Shown here: one piece after another, positions 49,457-58,569 of the stretch | Layout: the number at the start of each line of letters is the position of its first letter | Position numbering within the stretch: position 1 is the stretch's first letter | From: an uncultured Chloroflexia bacterium | GTDB taxonomy: Bacteria > Chloroflexota > Anaerolineae > B4-G1 > SLSP01 | Length of the DNA stretch: 64,000 bases | Assembly: GCA_963751345.1 (NCBI GenBank) | Contig: CAVVUS010000049.1 | Location: 50,220-114,219, forward strand | Reading direction: 5' to 3' | The notes under the pieces: model-generated | Databases searched by the model: none | What the model was told of the DNA's origin: nothing | The model's input: only the letters and a program-made list of their open reading frames with translations | Program-made: the position numbers and the translations under genes

Positions 49457-49888
49457 CTAGTTCACGCTCTGCGCGACGGCTGCCACACTCTCCTTGATCG
49501 CGGCCACGTCTGGCGCGCCGGCGCGCCGATACACGGTGTCGCCTTGCCCGTTCAGCACGAAGAAGGTCGGCACGCCTGAGACTTGCCAGCGACTGGCCAA
49601 CTCCTGGCCGGGACCGCTCTTGACATTCAGGCGGAGCAACTCGGCCTGCGACGCGATGTCGCGCTCCAGTTGATCGACCTTTGGCTTGGACACCAAGCAG
49701 ATGCTGCACGTGTTAGAATATAACTCGACCACTGTTGGCCTTCCGGACGCCAGTTGCGATTCCAGATCGGCCATCGACCCGAATCGATCGCCCGGCGTCC
49801 GCAACACAATATACGCAATCGCCAGGGCGAGTACGATCGCGACGGTGAGCCCGTCCTCTTTCAGGAACTTCCTCAATCTTGCCCTCAT
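49457..49888 (-). CDS. Membrane-anchored thioredoxin family protein
   Basis: TM, ELYSNTCSIC, GVPTFF. Confidence 0.85.
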   Translation of the reverse strand: MRARLRKFLKEDGLTVAIVLALAIAYIVLRTPGDRFGSMADLESQLASGRPTVVELYSNTCSICLVSKPKVDQLERDIASQAELLRLNVKSGPGQELASRWQVSGVPTFFVLNGQGDTVYRRAGAPDVAAIKESVAAVAQSVN

Positions 49889-49953
49889 CTTCGCTCTCCC
49901 TGTGTCTATCCCACAATATCCCCGACAGCAACTCAAGCCTCGACGCTATGAGG

Positions 49954-50838
49954 TTATTCGCCGTCCGACCTTCTCGGCGCCTGTGTTTCCGTATGCACAA
50001 GGGTTCTCAGACGCGCGAGGTTCTCCCGATCCTCGTGTAAGTCCTCGCTCTTGGGTGTTTCCAGTATGCCTGGAAGGCCATCCAGTCGCGGATCATCCAA
50101 TAAGAATGCGAAGGCATCCAGGCCGATCTCGCCCTTACCGATATGCTCGTGGCGATCCTTCCGGCTGCCGAGAGGATGCCGGCTATCGTTGATGTGGATG
50201 ACGTAGAGCCGGTCCAAACCGACGGTTGCGTCGAATCTGGACATCATGTCCTCATACCCCTCGGCAGTCCTGATCTCGTAGCCTGCCGCAAAGACGTGAC
50301 ACGTGTCCAGGCATACGCCCAGATCGTCGTCTGCCCTCGCGTGACCTAACAGGGCAGCCAGTCCCTCGAAATCGGCACCCATCACGGTGCCCTGACCTGC
50401 TGTCGTCTCGAACAGGATCCGCACCCGGTGATGCGGAAGCGCCGACAGGATTTCCTCGACAGCGCCCACTATGCGGGCATTGCCGGCTTCCACACCGGAT
50501 CCCCTGTGCGCTCCAGGATGAAGCACAAGATAGGGGATAGCGAGGCGCTCACACCGTCGCGCTTCGTCGACGAGCGCGTGGATGGACCGGCGATAAAGGG
50601 CCTCGTTGGGCGAGGCCAAGTTGATGAGATAGGAGGCGTGCGCCACAATCGGCGTTATCGACCGTTCGTCACATGCCTCCCGAAACGATACAACGACCGC
50701 GTCGTCCAGCGGGGGCGCGGACCATTGGCGGCTGTTCTTCGTCCATAGCTGAAGCGATTCGCATCCAACGGATTCCGCGCGCTCCAACGCTCGGTATAAG
50801 CCGCCACCTATAGACTCGTGTGCGCCCAATCGCAGCAT
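49954..50838 (-). CDS. nfo: Endonuclease IV (AP endonuclease)
   Basis: LGAHESIGGG, HASYLINLAS, LHPG, ETTAGQG, CLDTCH, HINDS, KDRHEHIG, ILETP. Confidence 0.95.
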   Translation of the reverse strand: MLRLGAHESIGGGLYRALERAESVGCESLQLWTKNSRQWSAPPLDDAVVVSFREACDERSITPIVAHASYLINLASPNEALYRRSIHALVDEARRCERLAIPYLVLHPGAHRGSGVEAGNARIVGAVEEILSALPHHRVRILFETTAGQGTVMGADFEGLAALLGHARADDDLGVCLDTCHVFAAGYEIRTAEGYEDMMSRFDATVGLDRLYVIHINDSRHPLGSRKDRHEHIGKGEIGLDAFAFLLDDPRLDGLPGILETPKSEDLHEDRENLARLRTLVHTETQAPRRSDGE

Positions 50839-50894
50839 GACCAGTCTCAGGCCGGTATGGTAAGGTTCGAGAAGCTCACCGACGGACGAGCTGA

Positions 50895-51353
50895 CTACTC
50901 TGCGTCCGGGAGCGCGCCGGGCTTCGTCGGGTTGGGCTCCGCCACGATCCTCATACTGCTGGTAATATCCACGCTGTGCTTGAGCATCCCCCGCACCGAG
51001 CAATATGTCTCTTCCGAGAGCTCGATCGCCCGTTCTAGGGCCCGCTCGTCAATGCCCTCGCCATAGGCAATGTACTCCAGGTGGATCTTGGTGAACACCT
51101 TTGGGTGGGTCTCGGCGCGCTCGGCCTCGGCCTTCACCTGGAGGTTCGTCATGGGCTGGCGCTTCTTGGCCATGATGGAGATGACGTCCATCGCTGTACA
51201 TCCGGCCAGGCCCACCAGTACCAGCTCCATCGAGGAGAGGCCTGAGTGCGTTCCATAGGTCGCACCGGATGAATCCACCACAATGGCCGGGCTACCCTCA
51301 GTCTCTCCCACCAATCGAAGGCCGGGTCCTGCCCACGTCACCTGAGCTTTCAC
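50895..51353 (-). CDS. OsmC/YhfA family protein
   Basis: MELVLVGLAGCTAMDV, HPKVFT, LS...YCSV; GTG start overlaps upstream stop. Confidence 0.88.
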   Translation of the reverse strand: MKAQVTWAGPGLRLVGETEGSPAIVVDSSGATYGTHSGLSSMELVLVGLAGCTAMDVISIMAKKRQPMTNLQVKAEAERAETHPKVFTKIHLEYIAYGEGIDERALERAIELSEETYCSVRGMLKHSVDITSSMRIVAEPNPTKPGALPDAE

Positions 51354-51571
51354 TGGGCCGCTTCCTCCTCGTTGTCGCCTTTCTTGGTTGAGATACCAAG
51401 TAGCGTGTAGATCCCACATATGCCGGTGATGCCCGTAATCAGGCTAATGGCACCCAGAACACCAAGGATGATGCCCACGATGCCCTGGATGAAGAGAAAG
51501 CCCAGCAGCATACCATAGACACCAAAGATCGTCCGGAACAATCGATCCCTCTCCCCGACATTTGGCTTCAT
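51350..51571 (-). CDS. DUF2892 (YgaP-like) membrane protein
   Basis: NVG..DR..R, two TMs, C.IY.LLGIST. Confidence 0.85.
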   Translation of the reverse strand: MKPNVGERDRLFRTIFGVYGMLLGFLFIQGIVGIILGVLGAISLITGITGICGIYTLLGISTKKGDNEEEAAQ

Positions 51572-51586
51572 CGTCTCTCCTCCACT

Positions 51587-52564
51587 TCAGTCCAACTTCT
51601 GTAAGAACTCGCGGATGTCCAGTGCAGCCTTGGTCCCATCGCCGACCGATACGCTCAGTTGCGCCGGGTTGTTGGCCCGCACATCGCCAATGGCGTAGAG
51701 TCCGGGGATCTTGGTGCGCATGTGTTCGTCGGATTCAATGTAGCCCCACTTATTGAGGTCGACCAGGTCCTGGACGAACTTCGTGTCGGGTGAATACCCC
51801 ACGTAGATGAAGACACCCGCTGCCGGGATGAATGCCTCTTCGTTGGTCTCACGGTTCACGGCGACGACGCCGGTGACGGTCTTATCGCCCTTGATCTCGG
51901 TGACACGAGTATTGAACATCATCGTGCTTCGCTCGTGGTTCCGTGCACGGTCCTGCAGGATCTGCTCTGCGCGAGAGTAGGGCAGAAACTCGAGGAACGT
52001 GACGTGGTTGGCGTATTCCAGCACCGGCAACCCTTCCTGTAGACCGGAGTTGCCCGCGCCGATCACGATGACATCCTTCTTCTTGAAGAAAGGCCCGTCA
52101 CACGTTGCGCAGTAGGAGACACCCTTGCCGTAGTACTCGGTCTCGCCGGGCACGTTCAGTTTTTTGGGGCGGCTGCCCGTCGCGATGACGACCGTCTTGC
52201 CCTGATAGACGGTACCACCCTCTGTATGAACCTCGATCAGCCCCTTTTTCACGGGATTGACCTCGGTGACTTCGTCAAACTCTACGATCTCGGCCCCGAA
52301 GCGCTCTGCTTGCTGGCGGAAGCGGTCCATGAGGTCCAGGCCATTGATGCCCTCGGGGAAACCGGGGTAGTTCTCGACGAGTTCGGTCGTCGCGGCGAGT
52401 CCACCGGTGGACTCTTTTTCGAGCACGAGAACTTTCATGCCATCTCGCGATCCGTAGATCGCTGCCGTCAGCCCTGCCGGCCCACCGCCAATGATGACGA
52501 CATCATACAAACCCCCACTGACGTCCTTTTTCGGTGCATCTTCGGTGATTTTGAAATCGAACAT
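51587..52564 (-). CDS. trxB: Thioredoxin-disulfide reductase
   Basis: IIGGGPAGLTA, ENYPGF, GVSYCATCDG, IGAGNSG, YAIGD. Confidence 0.93.
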   Translation of the reverse strand: MFDFKITEDAPKKDVSGGLYDVVIIGGGPAGLTAAIYGSRDGMKVLVLEKESTGGLAATTELVENYPGFPEGINGLDLMDRFRQQAERFGAEIVEFDEVTEVNPVKKGLIEVHTEGGTVYQGKTVVIATGSRPKKLNVPGETEYYGKGVSYCATCDGPFFKKKDVIVIGAGNSGLQEGLPVLEYANHVTFLEFLPYSRAEQILQDRARNHERSTMMFNTRVTEIKGDKTVTGVVAVNRETNEEAFIPAAGVFIYVGYSPDTKFVQDLVDLNKWGYIESDEHMRTKIPGLYAIGDVRANNPAQLSVSVGDGTKAALDIREFLQKLD

Positions 52565-52692
52565 AGGACTCACCTCTCCTCAAGTGTGTTACCCGTCTCC
52601 CCACTATTCTACCTCTGCAGCTTGGCTTTGGCGAATAGGCAAGGACTACAAAAACGTCGGCGACTGCGCGACTTGGCCACGACCAGTGCGAT

Positions 52693-52735
52693 TCCATCAT
52701 CAGGCCCGGCAATATCTGCCGGGCCTGATGATGGA
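52693..52735. repeat. 19-bp perfect intergenic hairpin
   Basis: TCCATCATCAGGCCCGGCA-ATATC-TGCCGGGCCTGATGATGGA. Confidence 0.85.
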
Positions 52736-52755
52736 CCTGTTATTGGACGGCGCGG

Positions 52756-53406
52756 CTAGGCAACTGCCCGGCGGATCGCGTCCACGACCATATGGGGGGG
52801 AGCCGCTCCCTCGACGCGCTCCTTGCCGTTGATGACGGTCAAGGGGACGCCCATAACGCTAAAGCTATTGGCGAGGTCCGGAAACTCCGCCGACTCGACA
52901 ACGTTTGCGTTCACCAGTGGGCTCTCGACGGCCATATCCATCGCCAACACTGCAGAACGTGGGCAATAGGGGCACGTCGGTGTCACAAAGACCTGGTAGT
53001 CAATAGGTGTCTTGAGGCTGGCAAGATAGGACTTCGTCGAGTCATCCAACTCCGAACGACCCTGCGACGCCTTCAGAATGGCGTGGAGCAAGGTCGAGAA
53101 CTCGTATCCCGACGGGATTCCGAAGAAGCGCAGACCATAGTCCTTCTCTCCGACGATCGCAATTGCCGGGGCTCGCTCAATCTTCAGAGCGTTGGCACGT
53201 TGGGCATCCTGATGAAACTCGTACTGCTCAACGTTGACCTTGTCCGATGTGGCAGCGACTTCACTGACCAACTGCACAATCTCATCGCAGTAGTCACAAT
53301 GCTCGTCGTCGGTAAACACCGTCAGGGTCACCGGGTTCGTTAGTTCGGAGAGCATATCCTTCACATTTCGGACGATTTCCTCATTTAGCAGAGCCATTGT
53401 ACTCAT
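52756..53406 (-). CDS. Protein disulfide oxidoreductase (two thioredoxin folds, AhpF-NTD-like)
   Basis: CDYC, GIPSGYEFSTL, FVTPTCPYCP, VMGVP. Confidence 0.9.
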   Translation of the reverse strand: MSTMALLNEEIVRNVKDMLSELTNPVTLTVFTDDEHCDYCDEIVQLVSEVAATSDKVNVEQYEFHQDAQRANALKIERAPAIAIVGEKDYGLRFFGIPSGYEFSTLLHAILKASQGRSELDDSTKSYLASLKTPIDYQVFVTPTCPYCPRSAVLAMDMAVESPLVNANVVESAEFPDLANSFSVMGVPLTVINGKERVEGAAPPHMVVDAIRRAVA

Positions 53407-53474
53407 CTCCCTTTGTCATTTTCCCAATCATCTGTATCTCTGTCACTATTAAAAAGTAACCTATCTATGAAAAA

Positions 53475-53502
53475 ATTATAGCATGTAAGGACTCTTCGTC
53501 AA
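53475..53502 (-). promoter_or_regulatory. Sigma70-type promoter of the thiol-redox operon
   Basis: TTGACG-16 nt-TATAAT with TG extension, in an AT-rich intergenic region. Confidence 0.7.
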
Positions 53503-53602
53503 CAGAAAGGAGGCGTTGTGGGGCGGATCTAATATATCTCTAACAAAATCGGACCGGGCGATCACTTGCGCTAGGCTGATTTTCGCGTACACTGTCGTTC
53601 GC

Positions 53603-55357
53603 ATGCTCGACCTAACATTCCTCCATGCCCCAAGTGTGTACGACTTCCGAGAGCGCGCTACATTGTGGGGGCCGATCTCCGATCTGGTGCCCTCGACGCC
53701 GATCTTCGATATGTACCCAGTGGGCTTTGCTACGATGTTGGCACACCTGCAGGGCGCCGGCTACCAGGTGCGTATCGCCAACCTTGCTGCGCGCATGGTC
53801 AGGTCGCCGAGCTTCGATCCGGACGACTTCATCGCCCGCCTCGATTCACGTGCCTACGGAATCGACCTGCACTGGTTGCCGCACGCTCACGGGGCCCTAG
53901 CTGTAGCGCAGACCGTCAAGGCGCATCATCCCGAGGCTCCGGTGATCCTGGGTGGCTACTCGTCGACGTACTTCCACGAGGAATTGGTCCGCAATCCCTA
54001 CGTCGACTACGTGCTCAGGGGCGACTCGACCGAGGAGCCGCTGGAGCGGTTGATGGAGCACATCATCGAGGGTACGGAGCCGGCAGACGTCCCGAACCTA
54101 ACCTGGAAAAGTGCTGACGGTGCAGTCCACGTGAATCGCCTGAGCTATCTCCCCGATACGCTTGACCACCTGACGCTCGATTTCCGCCCCATGGTGAGGT
54201 CCGTGGTCAAGTATGCCGATCTGCAGACGGCGGTGCCTTTCAGCCACTGGCTCGAGTATCCGATCATGGCTGCCCTCACCGTTAAGGGATGCACCCAGAA
54301 TTGCACCATCTGCGGCGGCTCGGCCTATGCGGGCCGCGGTATGCATGGGCGCACTCGCCCGGCTTACCGATCGCCCGAGCTGCTGGCATCGGATGTGCGG
54401 CGCATCGGGCAGCTCAGCCGCGCGCCCATTTTCCTGCTGGGCGATCCGCGCCAGGCCGGTATGGACTACGCCAGACGTTTCCTGCGCGCCGTTCAGGGAT
54501 TCCAGGGGCCGGTCATGGTGGAGTTCTTCAAGCCGGTCGACCGGGCATTCGTGGAAGAACTTGCGGCTGCGTTTCCCAATTTCATCGTGGAGTTCTCGCC
54601 GGAATCGCATGATCCATCGGTGCGATGCGCGTCAGGAAAGCCGTACTCCAACGAAGAGATCGAGGAGACTATCGACGCCTGTTTGAATGCCGGGGCCAGG
54701 CGGTTTGACCTGTTCTTCATGATCGGGCTTTCCCGGCAGACGCCTGCGTCGGCACTGGCGACCGTCGATTATTGCCGTCACCTGTTGACGCGCTTCGATG
54801 ACGGGCGACTGATCCCCTTCACATCGCCCCTAGCACCTTTCCTCGATCCTGGCAGCCTGGCGTACGAGCAAGCCGGTCGCTATGGCTATATCCGGCACGC
54901 TCACACCCTGGAGGACCACCGTCAGCTCCTGCTCAAGCCCACGTGGAAACACATTCTCTCGTATGAGACGCGGTGGATGGACAGGAACGCACTCGCTGAG
55001 GTCACCTACGAATCCGGGCGTCGTCTGAACCGGTTGAAGTGGGAAGCCGGCCTGGCGAGCCGGGCCAAAGCCCAGGAGACCGAGGACCGTATAGCAGAGG
55101 CCGAGTCGCTGATGCGGCAGATTGACCAACTCGTTGCGACGATGGATCCGGGCGCGCTGGCGGCGGCCCTGGGCAAGCTCAAACAGCGTATTGATCGCGC
55201 CAACACCTCCACCGTGTGCGACAAGTCGGAGCTTGACTTTGACACCGGCATAGTCCCCTTCAAGGTCATCAACTTGCTCAAGATAGGGCTGGGGTTCGAA
55301 GACAGAGACTGGGATGGTCAGCAACCGGTCTGGACGACCCCCTCTCCCGAAGTATAA
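53603..55357 (+). CDS. B12-binding radical SAM protein (TIGR04190-like)
   Basis: LHAPSVYDFR, DLHWLPHAHG, GCTQNCTICGGS, SPESHD, PLAPFLDPGS. Confidence 0.85.
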   Translation: MLDLTFLHAPSVYDFRERATLWGPISDLVPSTPIFDMYPVGFATMLAHLQGAGYQVRIANLAARMVRSPSFDPDDFIARLDSRAYGIDLHWLPHAHGALAVAQTVKAHHPEAPVILGGYSSTYFHEELVRNPYVDYVLRGDSTEEPLERLMEHIIEGTEPADVPNLTWKSADGAVHVNRLSYLPDTLDHLTLDFRPMVRSVVKYADLQTAVPFSHWLEYPIMAALTVKGCTQNCTICGGSAYAGRGMHGRTRPAYRSPELLASDVRRIGQLSRAPIFLLGDPRQAGMDYARRFLRAVQGFQGPVMVEFFKPVDRAFVEELAAAFPNFIVEFSPESHDPSVRCASGKPYSNEEIEETIDACLNAGARRFDLFFMIGLSRQTPASALATVDYCRHLLTRFDDGRLIPFTSPLAPFLDPGSLAYEQAGRYGYIRHAHTLEDHRQLLLKPTWKHILSYETRWMDRNALAEVTYESGRRLNRLKWEAGLASRAKAQETEDRIAEAESLMRQIDQLVATMDPGALAAALGKLKQRIDRANTSTVCDKSELDFDTGIVPFKVINLLKIGLGFEDRDWDGQQPVWTTPSPEV

Positions 55358-55409
55358 TCGCCGGGAACCACATCCGGAGCTAGGCTACAGCCAGCGTAAG
55401 GGGGCAAGC

Positions 55410-56213
55410 ATGGACATGTACCGGATTCGGCCCGGTAGCTGCGTGGATCTCAGGGAGTGGGATCCGCGGGAAACTCGCGGCTTCGATGGCGGGAAGTCAG
55501 AGGGAAAGGCTCTGCTCAAGAAGCTCACAAAGCAGCTCGAGCCTTTGCAGGAATTGCTCTACGCAGAGGGCAGGCACAAGCTGCTGATTGTCCTGCAGGC
55601 GATGGACACGGGCGGCAAGGATGGCGTGATCCGACACGTCTTCGAGGGGATCAACCCCCAAGGCGTTAGGGTGGCCAACTTCAAGCAGCCAACGCCGGCG
55701 GAACTGGCCCACGACTACCTGTGGCGCGTGCACAAGCAGACGCCGGGCAGTGGTGAGATCGCGATATTCAATCGTAGCCACTACGAGGACGTGCTTGTGG
55801 TGCGGGTTCACAACCTCGTTCCCCGCGAGGTCTGGGAGCGGAGATACGACCAGATCAACGCCTTCGAGCACATGCTGGCCGACGAGGGGACGACTATCGT
55901 CAAGTTCTTTCTCCACATTAGCAAGAAGGAACAGCGCGAGCGTCTCCAGGATCGCCTGGACGAACCGGATAAGCAGTGGAAATTCAACGTGGGCGATCTC
56001 AAGGAACGCGCGCTTTGGGACGACTATATGGCAGCCTACGAGGACGTGCTGAGCAAGACCAGCACTGAGTGGGCGCCCTGGTACCTGGTGCCCTCCGACC
56101 GAAAGTGGTATCGGAACCTTGTGATCGGCACGACGTTGGTGGCTGCGTTGCGCGACCTCGATATGCACTATCCGGAGCCGGAAGAGAGCCTCGACGGCGT
56201 TGAAATCGACTAG
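55410..56213 (+). CDS. ppk2: Polyphosphate kinase 2 family (class III-like)
   Basis: QAMDTGGKDG, FKQP, HDYLWR, FNRSHYEDV, KFFLHIS, WKF, APWY. Confidence 0.92.
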   Translation: MDMYRIRPGSCVDLREWDPRETRGFDGGKSEGKALLKKLTKQLEPLQELLYAEGRHKLLIVLQAMDTGGKDGVIRHVFEGINPQGVRVANFKQPTPAELAHDYLWRVHKQTPGSGEIAIFNRSHYEDVLVVRVHNLVPREVWERRYDQINAFEHMLADEGTTIVKFFLHISKKEQRERLQDRLDEPDKQWKFNVGDLKERALWDDYMAAYEDVLSKTSTEWAPWYLVPSDRKWYRNLVIGTTLVAALRDLDMHYPEPEESLDGVEID

Positions 56214-56245
56214 CGCGTGATCCGGGACGGCAGCCTCCGTCGACG

Positions 56246-57163
56246 ATGATCCTCTCGATTCTTCTCAACGTCCTCCTGCCGGTCTTCCTGGTCGCCGGCA
56301 TCTCCGCCGTCGCTCAGCGCAAGCTGTGCCTGGACATCGACACCTTCGCCAAGGTCGCATTCTACGTCTTCAGTCCCGCTCTGGTGATCGACGTGCTGTT
56401 CACGTCGGATGTCAGTGGCGCCGAGTATGGTCGTCTTGCGTTGGGGCTTATCGGGACGACAGGTGCACTATGGGTGTTTGGCGAGGTCGCCGCTCGCGTG
56501 CTTCGGTTGGGCGACAGGACGCGGGCGGCTTTCTTGCTGACGATGTTGCTGGCGAACACCGGCAACTACGGCTTGCCCGTGACCCTCTTCGCATTTGGTG
56601 AGGCAGGGATGGCCAGGTCGGTACTCCTCGTAACCGTGAACTCAATGATATGGTCCAGCGTAGGTGTCTACATCGCTGCCAGGGGGCGAGCTTCCTCCCC
56701 GCGCGATAACCTCCGCAGGGTACTCTCAGCGCCGGCTCTCTATGCAGTGGTAGTGGGTTTGGTCTTCACCGCCGTGGGGTGGACGCTTCCCGAGCCACTT
56801 CTCAAGGCCGCCAGTACGATGGGCAAGGGTGTGGTCCCTGTCTCACTGGTTGTCCTGGGCGCCCAAATGCTGAAGACCCTGCGGGAGAAACGCGGCTCGT
56901 CCCAAGTGGGGGCGTTGGTCCTTGCCAGCATTGGGCGGCTCATCCTGGCCCCGGCAATCGCGTGGTTGGTGGGCGGTGCCATCGGCCTCGGTGAGTTCGC
57001 GCGCAAAGTGTTGGTCCTCGAGGCCGCGACGCCTTCGGCCGTGATGGCGCTCGTCCTCGCCACGGAGTTTGACACGGATGTTCCATTTGGTGCGATGGTC
57101 ATCCTGGTGACAACGATCGCCAGCCTGGTCACCGTCACGCTATGGTTGCGGTGGCTGATGTAG
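56246..57163 (+). CDS. AEC (auxin efflux carrier) family transporter
   Basis: About 10 TMs; SPAL, NTGNYGLP, L..LG, ATPSAV. Confidence 0.88.
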   Translation: MILSILLNVLLPVFLVAGISAVAQRKLCLDIDTFAKVAFYVFSPALVIDVLFTSDVSGAEYGRLALGLIGTTGALWVFGEVAARVLRLGDRTRAAFLLTMLLANTGNYGLPVTLFAFGEAGMARSVLLVTVNSMIWSSVGVYIAARGRASSPRDNLRRVLSAPALYAVVVGLVFTAVGWTLPEPLLKAASTMGKGVVPVSLVVLGAQMLKTLREKRGSSQVGALVLASIGRLILAPAIAWLVGGAIGLGEFARKVLVLEAATPSAVMALVLATEFDTDVPFGAMVILVTTIASLVTVTLWLRWLM

Positions 57164-57313
57164 CTGTCACTTTCGTAGTTGCGCCGGCTTGCCCATCCGG
57201 ACGACCCGTTGTACAAAATGGTGTGACATAGATCATACCGGCCGCGAGCTGGCCTGAGTTGCATGCGTTCCTCGAGCACCGCTCGAGCGTTATCCAAGCA
57301 AGGAGAAAAAAGC

Positions 57314-58480
57314 ATGAAAGATCGAAAGCTTCTGATGATTCCCGGTCCCATTGAGTTCGAGCCCGCTGTCCTCTCGGCCTTAGGTGCACCGACGACAAGC
57401 CACGTTGCCCCTGACTTCATTGAGGTGTTTGGGCAGGCGTTGGAACGGATGCGCGAGGTCTTTCTCGCACCGGACGGACAGCCCTTTGTCGTCGCCGGTT
57501 CCGGCACATTGGCGATGGATCTTGCCGGCGCGAACCTGATTGAACCCGGTGACAAGGCGTTGGTCGTCAACACGGGGTACTTTGGGGACCGCTACGCGGA
57601 GCTCCTGAGTCGCTATGGCGCGGAGGTCACGCACGTCCGTGCGCCCATTGGATCGCGTCCGTCGTTGGCGGAGGTCGATGCAGCACTTCAGGCAGACACC
57701 TATAAGCTGATGACGGTTACACACGTCGATACCTCGACGGGCGTCATCACTGACGTGGAGGGACTGGCGGCGCTGGCACGCAAGCACGACACGCTGGTCG
57801 TCGTGGATGGCGTCTGCGCGGTGGCAGGTGAGACACTGCGGATGACCGACTGGGGCGTGGATGTGGCGCTGACGGCTTCGCAGAAGGCGATCGGCACGCC
57901 TCCCGGCCTGGCCCTACTGGTGGCGGGGCCTCGGGCAATCGAGGCGTTCCGGCAGCGCACGGGCCCCGTGACGAACTACTACGCGGACTGGGGCAACTGG
58001 CTGCCGATCATGCAAGCCTATGAGGAACGGCGGGTCGGCTACTTCGGCACGCCGGCGGTGAACCTCGTTGCTGCGTTGAACGTCAGCCTCGGGATGATCC
58101 TCGAGGAGGGGATGGATGCGCGGTTCCAGCGCCATGCCCGCATCAGCCGGGCGTGCAAGGCGGCCATCACGGCGCTAGGGCTGGGGCAGGTACCGGCGTC
58201 AGAAGAGATGGCCGCGACGACGATGACGGCCCCGCGATTCCCGGCGGGTGTCGCCGGCCCCGAAGTCCTGGCAAAGGTCAAGGCTGCCGGTGTCGTGCTG
58301 GCCGGGGGGCTCCATCCTGTGATCAAGAGCGAGTACTTCCGCATCGGGCATATGGGCGCCGTGTCGCAGGGCGACGTGCTAGCCACGATCGGCGCTGTCG
58401 AGTCGGCGCTCAAGGCTTGTGGCTATGGCTTTGATACGGGAGCCGGGCTGGCGGCCGCAATGGAGGTCTTCGCGGAGTAA
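57314..58480 (+). CDS. Class V PLP aminotransferase (alanine-glyoxylate / serine-pyruvate type)
   Basis: LMIPGP, GSGT.AM, HVDTSTG, VDGV, TASQKA..PPG, FRIGHMG. Confidence 0.92.
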   Translation: MKDRKLLMIPGPIEFEPAVLSALGAPTTSHVAPDFIEVFGQALERMREVFLAPDGQPFVVAGSGTLAMDLAGANLIEPGDKALVVNTGYFGDRYAELLSRYGAEVTHVRAPIGSRPSLAEVDAALQADTYKLMTVTHVDTSTGVITDVEGLAALARKHDTLVVVDGVCAVAGETLRMTDWGVDVALTASQKAIGTPPGLALLVAGPRAIEAFRQRTGPVTNYYADWGNWLPIMQAYEERRVGYFGTPAVNLVAALNVSLGMILEEGMDARFQRHARISRACKAAITALGLGQVPASEEMAATTMTAPRFPAGVAGPEVLAKVKAAGVVLAGGLHPVIKSEYFRIGHMGAVSQGDVLATIGAVESALKACGYGFDTGAGLAAAMEVFAE

Positions 58481-58508
58481 GCTGCTTCACCCTATTCCCT
58501 GTGGATTG

Positions 58509-58548
58509 GCAAGAGCCCCCGAGATACTCGTGTCTCTGGGGCTCTTGC
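58509..58548. terminator. Hairpin between convergent genes
   Basis: GCAAGAGCCCC...GGGGCTCTTGC. Confidence 0.65.
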
Positions 58549-58569
58549 ATAGGCACGGGATCGGGCTTG

